From: an uncultured virus (IMG/VR IMGVR_UViG_3300030333_001670)
Taxonomy: Duplodnaviria; Heunggongvirae; Uroviricota; Caudoviricetes
Virus record (IMG/VR): IMGVR_UViG_3300030333_001670
Direction: 5' to 3' (one strand)
Length of the DNA stretch: 20,000 nucleotides
In this document: piece by piece, positions 1-8,278 of the stretch
Position numbering within the stretch: position 1 is the first letter of the stretch
Layout of the letters: every line of letters starts with the position of its first letter
The notes under the pieces: model-generated
Seen by the model: the letters and a program-made list of their open reading frames with translations, nothing else
The model's database searches: none
What the model was told of the DNA's origin: nothing
Translations under genes and position numbers: made by a program

Positions 1-2
1 AT

Positions 3-911
3 AAACGAATGTTATCTGATGTAAAGAAGGATTTTAAATTCTTTACTGAGAATAAAACCTGTCCCACTTGCACTCAGGAGATTGAAGATGAGTTTCGTCA
101 ACGTAAATGTGATACCCTATCAGAAAAACAAGGTGAATATGATAAGCAAACTAAAGATGTTACCAAAAAAATTAATACGATCACTAAAAAAATTGAGAAG
201 TATGATGCTTTAAGTACTTCTCTATATGAATTACGCACAACTGTCAACTCCCTTGAGAAGGATGTAGTTAGAATTCAAAAAGATTCTCTAAGAATTGAGC
301 AAGAGATTATAGAATTGAAATCAAATACTCCTAACATTAAAGCAGAGGGTGAAATACTAGATGTCCTCATGGAAGAGGCAGAGAAAACTAGAGTTGATTG
401 TGCACAAGTAAGAGAAAAGTTGGATGAGTTTGCAATATGCCATCAGTTACTTAAGGATGGTGGTGTAAAGAAGCAGATTATTAAGAAGTATATTCCAATT
501 TTCAATTCTCTTATCAATAAATACTTACAGTCTATGGACTTCTATGTCAACTTCACACTTGACGAAGAGTTCAATGAAGTTATTAAGAGTCGTTTCAGGG
601 ATGAATTTAGTTATTCGTCATTTTCTGAAGGAGAAAAACAGAAAATTGACTTAGCTCTCCTGTTTACTTGGAGAGAAGTAGCAAGGATGAAAAACTCAGT
701 CGCAACTAATCTTCTATTGTTGGATGAGGTTTTCGATTCCTCTTTGGATACAGAAGGTACAAATGAACTTCTAAAAATTCTTCGTAGCCTAGGTAAAGGC
801 ACAAACGTATTTGTAATATCCCATAAGGGAGATATCCTAGTGGATAAATTTATGAATACATTAAAATTTGAAAAGCAAAATGATTTCAGTAAATTAGTGG
901 ATGTTTCTTAA
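3..911 (+). CDS. gp46: Recombination endonuclease subunit gp46 (SbcC/Rad50-like ATPase), 5'-truncated by the window edge
   Basis: Zn-hook CPTC, long coiled coil, ABC signature-like FSEGEKQKID, Walker B LLLLDEVFDSSLD and H-loop VISH; the frame is open from the window start. Confidence 0.93.
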   Translation, partial: KRMLSDVKKDFKFFTENKTCPTCTQEIEDEFRQRKCDTLSEKQGEYDKQTKDVTKKINTITKKIEKYDALSTSLYELRTTVNSLEKDVVRIQKDSLRIEQEIIELKSNTPNIKAEGEILDVLMEEAEKTRVDCAQVREKLDEFAICHQLLKDGGVKKQIIKKYIPIFNSLINKYLQSMDFYVNFTLDEEFNEVIKSRFRDEFSYSSFSEGEKQKIDLALLFTWREVARMKNSVATNLLLLDEVFDSSLDTEGTNELLKILRSLGKGTNVFVISHKGDILVDKFMNTLKFEKQNDFSKLVDVS

Positions 912-1116
912 AGCGTGGGAGGTTTGGAAATATGCCTTGGGAAGTTTCGAGGATAATAAAACTGCAAAGTATGATAATGCAGTATGTGTTATACGCAGTA
1001 TTATCTTCATCACTTATCTTGTTACTAATTGCTTTATTACTGCTGGTGTAATCCGACACTGGGACAGTGGACGAACTGTCCCTGTACCTGCACATCAGGA
1101 TAAGAAGGTGCTATGA
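901..1116 (+). CDS. Small hypothetical membrane protein (71 aa)
   Basis: Overlaps the gp46 stop; hydrophobic segment AVCVIRSIIFITYLVTNCFITAGVI; fills the gap between gp46 and the vWA gene. Confidence 0.65.
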   Translation: MFLKAWEVWKYALGSFEDNKTAKYDNAVCVIRSIIFITYLVTNCFITAGVIRHWDSGRTVPVPAHQDKKVL

Positions 1117-1117
1117 T
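1061..1117 (+). promoter_or_regulatory. Promoter: perfect palindrome GGGACAGT-N6-ACTGTCCC plus extended -10 TGCTATGAT
   Basis: Inverted repeat at 1061-1068/1075-1082; TGnTATGAT at 1109-1117, 20 nt before the ATG at 1138; the same architecture recurs at 3905-3962. Confidence 0.7.
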
Positions 1118-1137
1118 ATATACATCTAAGGAATTCT

Positions 1138-3246
1138 ATGCCAGTAAACACCGAAGTCAAAGGAACTCTTGCTAGACTATTAGCAACAGAGAACTTAAAG
1201 ATTGAGCACCGTAAAGTTGATACCGCATGTTTCGATGTGGAAAACAGGGTACTTGTCCTCCCTATATGGAAGGCAGCATCAACTGATGTATATGATATGC
1301 TAGTCGGTCATGAGGTGGGTCATGCTTTATATACACCTGCTGATGAGTATGATGCTCCTAGGGACTTCGTAAACGTCTTAGAGGATGCTCGTATAGAGAG
1401 AATGATGAAGGTTACCTATCCAGGTCTTAAGCATTCCTTCTTCAAAGGTTATTCAGAGTTGTGGGAAAATAATTTTTTCGGTGTTAAGAATAAAGATTTA
1501 ACTAAGATATCATTCATTGATAGAATTAACTTATACTTTAAAGGTTGTGCTCAAGTAGAATTCTCAGAGTATGAGCAGAGCATTGTAGATAGAGCAGCAG
1601 TTACAAAAACTTTCCAAGATGTAATTGACCTTGCTAGAGAAGTATATGATTATGCTGAGAAGACAGAGGCAGAGAAAGATAAGGAAGACGAGTTACCTGA
1701 TATAGATTTTGATTTCGATGATGAGAGTTTTGAACCTCAGCAGAGTAATGTAGTATCTCCACAGTCACAGGAGAAAGAGGAGCGTCCTGATTTAGGTGAT
1801 GATGATACTGAGTATGAAGAAGATGAGGTAGAAGAACCTATCGGTGGTGATGCAGGAGATGTAGATGAGACTAGATCAGTAACAGATAAAGCATTCAAAG
1901 ATAATCTTGAGGATATGGTTGATGATGATGCTAAGGAGTGGGTATATCTAAATCTTCCTAAAGTTAAGTTGAGTGATGTAGTTGAACCATGGGAGAAGAT
2001 TCAAGAAGATTTAGAATATTTTTTCTATGGTCAAGCATTTCAAAATGAAAGTCATCAAGAAAAACATAATGAGTCTTTACAATATTGCTTAAAAAAATAT
2101 GAAGATTATAAATCCTCTGCTCAAAAGTCTGTTACCTATCTCGTAAAACAGTTCGAGATGAAGAAATCAGCAGACCAGTATGCACGTGCATCTACTGCAA
2201 AGACTGGGGTTATCGATACTAATAAGTTGTTCAGCTATAAGATCAATGAAGATATATTTAAGAAGGTAACTGTTGTCCCTGATGGTAAGAATCATGGATT
2301 GGTTATGCTTCTTGATTGGTCTGGGTCAATGCAACATAATTTGATGGATACTCTTAAGCAAACTTACAATCTAATTTGGTTCTGTAAGAAGGTTAATATT
2401 CCATTCAGAGTGTATGCATTCCAGAGTGGATTTGGTCGTGAGTATGGTGAGTTTCTTAATACACAAAAGAATAATGACCTTGCTATTCAAGATGATTTCC
2501 GTCTATTAGAATTCTTCTCATCTAGGATGAATAAGCAGAAACTTGAGAAGCAGTTGAGACTTGTATGGTCTCAAGCATGGTCTATGGGTGAGTGGAGTTA
2601 TGTTGGTTACCATAGAGATTTGAGTCTAGGTGGTACACCATTAGCAGAAGCAACTCTATACATGCGTGAAGCAGTTAGAGAGATGAGAAAGGTAGAGAAA
2701 GTGCAGAAGGTAAATGTTATTTGTTTAACTGATGGTGAAGCAAATCCTATATCATTCGTATCAGATAGAAGAGGTGATGGAAGTAAGTCATGTAACTATC
2801 TTTGTCATGCACGTAGGACAGTATTCATATTAAGGGATCCTGTTACAGGATATACCAGAAAGATTAGTGCTTCTCCTTATGAAACTACTAAAGAAATAGT
2901 ATCATTCATGAGTGAGATTACTGACTACAACTGGATTGGTATTCGTATCTGCTCTAAGAATGAATTGAATAGATGCATAAGTGGTGATGTCACGATTCAA
3001 GAACGTGAGAAGATACAAAAGACCTGGAATAAGGAAAAGTTTGCTAGTATAGAAAAGAAACATGGATTTAGTAAAGCATTCTATATTCCTAATAAAGGAA
3101 TTGGTCAAGGCACCACTGACCTAACTGTTAAACAGAGAGGTGAATCTGCAACTAGAGGTGAATTAACTCGTGCATTTAAAAAGCACATGGGTTCAAAGAT
3201 GACCAACAAAACTATACTAAATGCATTTATAGAACAGATAGCATAA
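1138..3246 (+). CDS. CobT-like protein: N-terminal HEXXH metallopeptidase-like domain, acidic linker and C-terminal vWA (MIDAS) domain
   Basis: GHEVGH with downstream NVLEDARIE; D/E-rich linker; MIDAS elements LLDWSGS, GGTP and LTDGE; a MoxR-type ATPase lies nearby. Confidence 0.85.
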   Translation: MPVNTEVKGTLARLLATENLKIEHRKVDTACFDVENRVLVLPIWKAASTDVYDMLVGHEVGHALYTPADEYDAPRDFVNVLEDARIERMMKVTYPGLKHSFFKGYSELWENNFFGVKNKDLTKISFIDRINLYFKGCAQVEFSEYEQSIVDRAAVTKTFQDVIDLAREVYDYAEKTEAEKDKEDELPDIDFDFDDESFEPQQSNVVSPQSQEKEERPDLGDDDTEYEEDEVEEPIGGDAGDVDETRSVTDKAFKDNLEDMVDDDAKEWVYLNLPKVKLSDVVEPWEKIQEDLEYFFYGQAFQNESHQEKHNESLQYCLKKYEDYKSSAQKSVTYLVKQFEMKKSADQYARASTAKTGVIDTNKLFSYKINEDIFKKVTVVPDGKNHGLVMLLDWSGSMQHNLMDTLKQTYNLIWFCKKVNIPFRVYAFQSGFGREYGEFLNTQKNNDLAIQDDFRLLEFFSSRMNKQKLEKQLRLVWSQAWSMGEWSYVGYHRDLSLGGTPLAEATLYMREAVREMRKVEKVQKVNVICLTDGEANPISFVSDRRGDGSKSCNYLCHARRTVFILRDPVTGYTRKISASPYETTKEIVSFMSEITDYNWIGIRICSKNELNRCISGDVTIQEREKIQKTWNKEKFASIEKKHGFSKAFYIPNKGIGQGTTDLTVKQRGESATRGELTRAFKKHMGSKMTNKTILNAFIEQIA

Positions 3247-3247
3247 A

Positions 3248-3952
3248 ATGGTTGAAGAAGTTGCTCAGATTATCAAGGACGCACTTGGTAATCTGCCCAC
3301 TTTAAAATACAAGTGGCCAGAGTATCCTCAAATATTCCACAACGATGTCTACATTGGAAATGAAATGTGGACATGTGATGGTATGAGGAAGATACATCTT
3401 GAAACTGGTGTTACTCAAAACTTAGAAGTATTACATTGTGTCTGGTATCCAAACCCAGAATATAATCTTCCTATATTTGGATGTGATATTGTAGATACAG
3501 GTAAGACAATTACTGCTGCTATTGTGGATGTATCTCCTGTCAGAGGTACCGAAAAGATATATGATAGAATTAGACCAATATGCAACCTATATAATTTTAG
3601 TGAGAGAAGGGCATTACCTTTATGGGGTGATGAAATATTCTCACCTCATTGTAAATTCATGAGGATAAATTCAAGGGTTGAGAAATATAATTATCAATCG
3701 TTAGTTAAACATCTTCTCACAATATATTGTGAAGAAATTAACAATGCAGTCAGGGATGAAAACTGGGTCAATACTATGCTTAGATTTGATGACCAGATTT
3801 ATTACTGTAAACAACAGAGAAAAAATAAGAAAACTATAGCAGTACTTTCTAAGTGGTTTGATAAGGAGTGGGCAAGAAACTATATCGATACGGTATTGTT
3901 TGATGTACCAGTTATGAAAGTGTCACCTGATGGCTCCACAGTTCAAACATAG
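3248..3952 (+). CDS. pcyA: Phycocyanobilin:ferredoxin oxidoreductase (ferredoxin-dependent bilin reductase), auxiliary metabolic gene
   Basis: PcyA-type motifs RKIHLE, LHCV, LPIFGCDIV, AAIVDVSP, RALPLWGDEIFS, YCKQQRKNKKT and YIDTVLFD; residues equivalent to catalytic Glu76, His88 and Asp105 appear to be present. Confidence 0.88.
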   Translation: MVEEVAQIIKDALGNLPTLKYKWPEYPQIFHNDVYIGNEMWTCDGMRKIHLETGVTQNLEVLHCVWYPNPEYNLPIFGCDIVDTGKTITAAIVDVSPVRGTEKIYDRIRPICNLYNFSERRALPLWGDEIFSPHCKFMRINSRVEKYNYQSLVKHLLTIYCEEINNAVRDENWVNTMLRFDDQIYYCKQQRKNKKTIAVLSKWFDKEWARNYIDTVLFDVPVMKVSPDGSTVQT

Positions 3953-3962
3953 CTGCTATAAT
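3905..3962 (+). promoter_or_regulatory. Promoter: imperfect palindrome GTACCAGT-N6-AGTGTCAC plus extended -10 TGCTATAAT
   Basis: Motif at 3905-3926; TGnTATAAT at 3954-3962; 30-nt gap between motif and -10 hexamer (29 nt in the copy at 1061-1117); lies upstream of the ATG at 3989. Confidence 0.7.
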
Positions 3963-3988
3963 AAAGACATAACAAACAAAGAAACCTT

Positions 3989-5065
3989 ATGTCCCTACCT
4001 CGCACCGATGTTACTATTGAAGGAGTCCGTCAGTATTGCATTGACAACTTCGGTACATCTGTAAACGCAGATGCTGTTAAATCTGCCTCAGAGCATTTTG
4101 GTGTCCATACTTATACTATTGGCCAAAGACTCAAGCAGTGGAAAGTAAAAAGAAACCACTGGGATTTATCTGTGAAAGAGATTACAGAAAACCTAGAGAA
4201 GACTCTTGCGTCTGAGCCTGCTGTTGCTGCTGAAAACTACATCCCTGAGAAAGATGAATCATATGTAAGTTTTGGCAATTTCAATGACCTTAAAAAAATT
4301 ATTTCTAGTCGCAGGTTTTATCCTGTGTTTATCACTGGGCTCTCAGGTAATGGAAAGACCCTCGGAGTCGAGCAAGCCTGTGCTACAGGAAAACGTGAAT
4401 TAATAAGAGTAAACATTACAATAGAAACAGATGAAGATGATCTCATTGGGGGCTTCCGTCTTGTTAACGGCGATACCGTCTGGCACAACGGACCAGTTGT
4501 TGAAGCTCTCCAGCGAGGGGCTGTCTTGCTCCTTGACGAAATCGACCTTGCCTCAAACAAGATTCTCTGTCTCCAATCCGTCCTTGAAGGTAAGGGAATT
4601 TTCCTTAAAAAGATTGGAAGATACATCAAACCAGAAGCAGGATTCACAGTCATTGCCACCGCAAATACTAAAGGTAAAGGTAGCGACGACGGAAGATTTG
4701 TTGGAACTAACGTGCTCAACGAAGCCTTCCTTGAAAGATTCCCGATAACATTTGAGCAAGATTATCCTGCTCCAACAACTGAGACTCGTATCCTATTAAA
4801 CAATGGATGTGATGCTGAGTTTGCTGACAACCTTGTTAAGTGGGCAGGTGTAATTCGTAAGACATTCTTTGATGGTGGAGTGGATGAAGTTATCACTACT
4901 CGTAGATTGGTACACATCGTGGAAGCATATTCTATCTTCCAAAATAGATTGAAAGCAATTACAAATTGTATCAATCGTTTCGATGATGATACTAAACAAT
5001 CCTTCTTAGACCTTTATACTAAGGTTGACGAGAAAGAGATTGAAGAGTATAATGAAGGGGAATAA
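3989..5065 (+). CDS. cobS: CobS-like / MoxR-family AAA+ ATPase
   Basis: Walker A GLSGNGKT, DLIGG, Walker B LLLDEID, sensor I TAN, arginine-finger region NEAFLERF, sensor II TTRRL. Confidence 0.88.
   Translation: MSLPRTDVTIEGVRQYCIDNFGTSVNADAVKSASEHFGVHTYTIGQRLKQWKVKRNHWDLSVKEITENLEKTLASEPAVAAENYIPEKDESYVSFGNFNDLKKIISSRRFYPVFITGLSGNGKTLGVEQACATGKRELIRVNITIETDEDDLIGGFRLVNGDTVWHNGPVVEALQRGAVLLLDEIDLASNKILCLQSVLEGKGIFLKKIGRYIKPEAGFTVIATANTKGKGSDDGRFVGTNVLNEAFLERFPITFEQDYPAPTTETRILLNNGCDAEFADNLVKWAGVIRKTFFDGGVDEVITTRRLVHIVEAYSIFQNRLKAITNCINRFDDDTKQSFLDLYTKVDEKEIEEYNEGE
5025..5053 (+). promoter_or_regulatory. Sigma70-type promoter TTGACG-N17-TATAAT
   Basis: -35 at 5025-5030, -10 at 5048-5053, 17-nt spacer; inside the 3' end of cobS and upstream of the DUF3310-gp45-gp44 run. 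Confidence 0.75.
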
Positions 5066-5075
5066 CACCCCCTTT
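5055..5075 (+). terminator. Possible weak hairpin/terminator at the cobS stop
   Basis: AAGGGG-AATAACAC-CCCCTT with the stop codon in the loop; the T tract is short. Confidence 0.3.
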
Positions 5076-5393
5076 ATGATGAAGAAGTATAGTGAGGACG
5101 AGATCCTCAAGGAGATAGAGGATTACATCTCCAATACATACCGAGGTCATTATTCTGTCGGAAACGTCCAGACTCTTGACCTCATTGATTCTGTGGGTGA
5201 TGCTGAAGCATTCTGTAGGAGTAATGTCCTTAAGTATGCTTCACGTTATGACAGAAAAGGATCTGCACGCAAGGATATCATAAAGATCATTCATTATGGT
5301 ATGCTACTATTGCACTTCAACGATAAACGTGAGAGGGCAGACCGAATAAACGCAGGGAACTCCACTGCATTCGCCGTTGATTATGACAAATGA
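5076..5393 (+). CDS. DUF3310-like (T7 gp1.7/SaV-like) hypothetical protein
   Basis: Pattern HY...QTLDLI...FCRSNVLKYASRYDRKG...DIIKIIHY; start moved to ATG 5076 (or 5079) because the ORF-track start at 5025 is the TTG of the -35 box. Confidence 0.7.
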   Translation: MMKKYSEDEILKEIEDYISNTYRGHYSVGNVQTLDLIDSVGDAEAFCRSNVLKYASRYDRKGSARKDIIKIIHYGMLLLHFNDKRERADRINAGNSTAFAVDYDK

Positions 5394-6052
5394 CCGTGAT
5401 TTCAAAAGAAACAATTGCACTACTCAAAAACTTTTCGTCTATTAACCAGTCGATAGTTATCAAACCAGGCAGTGAAATCTCAACACTCAGTCTGAATAAA
5501 AACATTCTTGCTACTGCAAATGTACAAGAAACATTTGATAGGAATATTCCTATCTATGATTTGCCATCTCTGATTCAAATCTTTAATTTATTTGATGGCA
5601 GTCCTGTCATTGATACAACGAATGATACTTATCTAAAGGTATCTAATCCTCAGAATAGATCTAAGGTCAAGTTTTTCTACTCTGACCCAGATATTATTGT
5701 GCAACCTCCTGAGAAAAAGGTTGACCTCCCTTCAGAGGATATTAACTTTAGATTAGAAGCAGGAGTTTTTGACCAGATTAAAAAGGCATGGGCGATTTGT
5801 GGTGTCCCTGATTTATGTTTGCAAGGTAATAAAGGTGTAATGAGTTTAACATTAACTGATAAGAAGAATGATACGAGTAATTCATATGCTGTAGAGGTAG
5901 GTGAGACTACTGACGAGTTTTGTTATTGCTTTAAGATGGAGAATCTTAAGTTGCTTCCTCAGTCATATGATGTTACTATTAGCAAAGCGAATGTCGCACG
6001 CTTTACAGCAGACAACGTACGCTATCTTATAGCACTTGAACCTAATGCATGA
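5390..6052 (+). CDS. gp45: Sliding clamp
   Basis: N-terminus ISKETIALLKNFSSINQSI, IYDL, FKMENLKLL and C-terminal YLIALE; about 220 aa; precedes gp44. Confidence 0.93.
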   Translation: MTVISKETIALLKNFSSINQSIVIKPGSEISTLSLNKNILATANVQETFDRNIPIYDLPSLIQIFNLFDGSPVIDTTNDTYLKVSNPQNRSKVKFFYSDPDIIVQPPEKKVDLPSEDINFRLEAGVFDQIKKAWAICGVPDLCLQGNKGVMSLTLTDKKNDTSNSYAVEVGETTDEFCYCFKMENLKLLPQSYDVTISKANVARFTADNVRYLIALEPNA

Positions 6053-6989
6053 TGATTTCTTATGGGTGGAGAAGTATCGTCCTCAAACTGTTGATGATTG
6101 CATACTTCCCGATGATGTGAAGGCAACCTTCAAAAGTTTCATTGAGAAAGGAGAGATACCAAATCTCCTTCTCTCTGGGACTGCTGGAGTTGGTAAGACA
6201 ACCATTGCTAAAGCATTATGTAATGAGTTAGGAGCAGATTCTTATGTCATTAATGGATCGGATGAAGGTAGATTCTTGGACACTGTACGCAATCAGGCAA
6301 AGACCTTTGCTTCTACTGTGTCTCTGCTTTCTACATCACGGCATAAAGTTCTTATCATCGATGAGGCGGACAACACTACCTCAGATGTACAATTACTCCT
6401 CCGTGCGTCGATTGAAGAATTTCAAAAGAACTGCAGGTTCATACTCACGTGTAACTTTAAGAACAAAATAATATCACCCTTACATAGTAGAACAACTGTC
6501 GTTGAATTTAACACTCGTGGAAAAACTAAACAAACTCTTGCAGCTAAGTTCTTTGAAAGATGTAGAGACATCTTGTCCAGAGAGGAGATACGGTACGATG
6601 ACAAAGTGGTTGCCAAAGTCGTCCAACAATACTACCCAGACTTTAGAAGAACGCTTAATGAGTTGCAAAGATACAGCTCTACAGGTGCTATTGACATCGG
6701 CATCCTCGCAACCCTAGGGGATGCTAATGTTAAAGGTCTCGTAGAGGCATTAAGAGATAAGAAATTTAATGATGTCAAGAAATGGGTAACCCAGAATCTT
6801 GATGCTGACCCAACTTCTATACTCAGAAAGATATATGATAATCTTTTTGATGTGATGGAAGGTCCAAGTATTGCAGCAGCAGTATTAATCATTGCTGAGT
6901 ATCAGTATAAGTCTGCTTTCGTAGCAGACCAAGAGATTAATCTTCTTGCTGCGTTAACACAGATTATGGTGGAGTGTGAATTCAAATGA
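6045..6989 (+). CDS. gp44: Clamp loader large subunit
   Basis: LWVEKYRP, Walker A GTAGVGKT, IIDEAD, PLHSR and PDFRR; ATG 6045 preferred over TTG 6036. Confidence 0.95.
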   Translation: MHDDFLWVEKYRPQTVDDCILPDDVKATFKSFIEKGEIPNLLLSGTAGVGKTTIAKALCNELGADSYVINGSDEGRFLDTVRNQAKTFASTVSLLSTSRHKVLIIDEADNTTSDVQLLLRASIEEFQKNCRFILTCNFKNKIISPLHSRTTVVEFNTRGKTKQTLAAKFFERCRDILSREEIRYDDKVVAKVVQQYYPDFRRTLNELQRYSSTGAIDIGILATLGDANVKGLVEALRDKKFNDVKKWVTQNLDADPTSILRKIYDNLFDVMEGPSIAAAVLIIAEYQYKSAFVADQEINLLAALTQIMVECEFK

Positions 6990-7069
6990 ATAGTATAGGA
7001 TTAGAAATAGTATTCTGGACAGTATTAACAATTTACTTGTTAGCACAATTCGGAGTATTTAAAAAATGA
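6986..7069 (+). CDS. 27-aa single-TM miniprotein MNSIGLEIVFWTVLTIYLLAQFGVFKK
   Basis: ATGA overlap with the gp44 stop at its 5' end and with the dam start at its 3' end; fills the gap exactly. Confidence 0.6.
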   Translation: MNSIGLEIVFWTVLTIYLLAQFGVFKK

Positions 7070-7956
7070 TGAAGACTCCTCTTAGATATCCTGGTGGTAA
7101 GTCTCGTGCTCTAAAAAAGTTAGCACAATTCTACCCAGATATATCTAAGTATAAAGAATTTCGTGAACCATTTCTAGGTGGTGGTTCAGTATCATTATAC
7201 ATGACACAGATGTATCCTCACCTAGACATATGGGTGAATGATTTGTATGGTCATCTGTATAACTTTTGGAAAGAATTACAACACAATGGAAAAGACATTG
7301 CAGATGAACTCAGAAGACTTAAAGCAAAATACAACACCCCAGAAAAAGCGAAAGTCCTTTTTCTTGAGAGTAAAGAATATCTTAGTGGCACCAGAACCGA
7401 TCCATCCAGTCGTGCTGTTAGTTTTTATATTATTAATAAGTGTTCTTTCAGTGGTCTCACCGAATCAAGTTCCTTCTCAAAAGCAGCAAGTATTTCCAAC
7501 TTCAGCATACGAGGTATAGAGAGATTACCAGAGCATCAAAAGATAATACAAGACTGGAAGATTACTAATCTATCATATGATCAACTTCTAACAGATGATC
7601 AAAACACATTTGTTTATCTTGACCCACCATATGATATTAAAGTTCCTATCTATGGTAAGAGAGGTGAGATGCACAAGCATTTTAACCATGAGGAATTCGC
7701 AGAAGATTGCGATAGACATACTGCACATATGATGATATCATATAACAGCAGTCAGAAACTTAAGAATCGATTTGTAGATTGGAATGCTTATGACTTCGAT
7801 TTAACCTATAGTATGCGTACTACAGGTGACTATATGAAGGAGCAATCCAAACGAAAAGAACTTGTATTAACTAACTATGGCATTCGACAGCAACTACCCT
7901 CTGAAGGACTATCTAAACTCTTTGAACCAGACGAAGGAATATCTGCTGCAGCCTGA
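7066..7956 (+). CDS. dam: Dam-like (D12 class) DNA N6-adenine methyltransferase
   Basis: LRYPGGKS, motif I EPFLGGGS, motif IV YLDPPY, ISYN and ELVLTNY; GATC specificity is not demonstrated. Confidence 0.88.
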   Translation: MMKTPLRYPGGKSRALKKLAQFYPDISKYKEFREPFLGGGSVSLYMTQMYPHLDIWVNDLYGHLYNFWKELQHNGKDIADELRRLKAKYNTPEKAKVLFLESKEYLSGTRTDPSSRAVSFYIINKCSFSGLTESSSFSKAASISNFSIRGIERLPEHQKIIQDWKITNLSYDQLLTDDQNTFVYLDPPYDIKVPIYGKRGEMHKHFNHEEFAEDCDRHTAHMMISYNSSQKLKNRFVDWNAYDFDLTYSMRTTGDYMKEQSKRKELVLTNYGIRQQLPSEGLSKLFEPDEGISAAA

Positions 7957-8278
7957 AGACCCTGGTTGGGAAAAGAATTATCCTCCTTATGTAATCAATA
8001 AATGTATGTCACATCACATGGATACTGTGATGTTTGCAAACGAGATGAATAGACTCCCTAATCTCGATAAGCGTTTGCAATATGATTTTTATATAAATAC
8101 CGTCAGGTCACGTAGGAGATTCTCTCCTTGGGACAAGAAACAGAAGATGAATGATTTGAATGTGGTCAAGCAATACTATGGTTATAGTAATGAAAAGGCT
8201 AGACAAGCATTGAATATTTTATCTCCTTCACAACTAGATTACATTAAAAGCAAACTGAATAAGGGAGGGAAGAAATGA
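7877..8278 (+). CDS. gp62: Clamp loader small subunit
   Basis: YPPYVINKCMS, ANEMN, QYDFYIN and VKQYYGYSNEKARQAL; immediately before regA. Confidence 0.92.
   Translation: MAFDSNYPLKDYLNSLNQTKEYLLQPEDPGWEKNYPPYVINKCMSHHMDTVMFANEMNRLPNLDKRLQYDFYINTVRSRRRFSPWDKKQKMNDLNVVKQYYGYSNEKARQALNILSPSQLDYIKSKLNKGGKK
8092..8099 (+). promoter_or_regulatory. T4-type late promoter consensus TATAAATA inside gp62, upstream of regA
   Basis: Exact match to the gp55-dependent consensus, about 175 nt before regA; could also be a by-product of coding constraints. Confidence 0.45.

Noticed and set aside
1061..1082. Palindrome read as an intrinsic terminator
   Set aside because: No U-tract follows, and a degenerate copy recurs at matching distance from another -10 box, which favours a protein-binding site
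3248..3952. PebS (phycoerythrobilin synthase) call, given the similar length and phage context
   Set aside because: The motifs RKIHLE, LHCV, FGCDIV and AAIVDVSP match PcyA, including the His88 equivalent
4318..4999. Several alternative-frame and antisense ORFs inside cobS, with locally higher GC
   Set aside because: These are shadows of a conserved ATPase, with no RBS or motifs; the GC impression was not quantified
1138..5065. Cobalamin biosynthesis (cobaltochelatase) function
   Set aside because: No CobN or other cob genes in the window; the cobS label reflects AAA+ family similarity only
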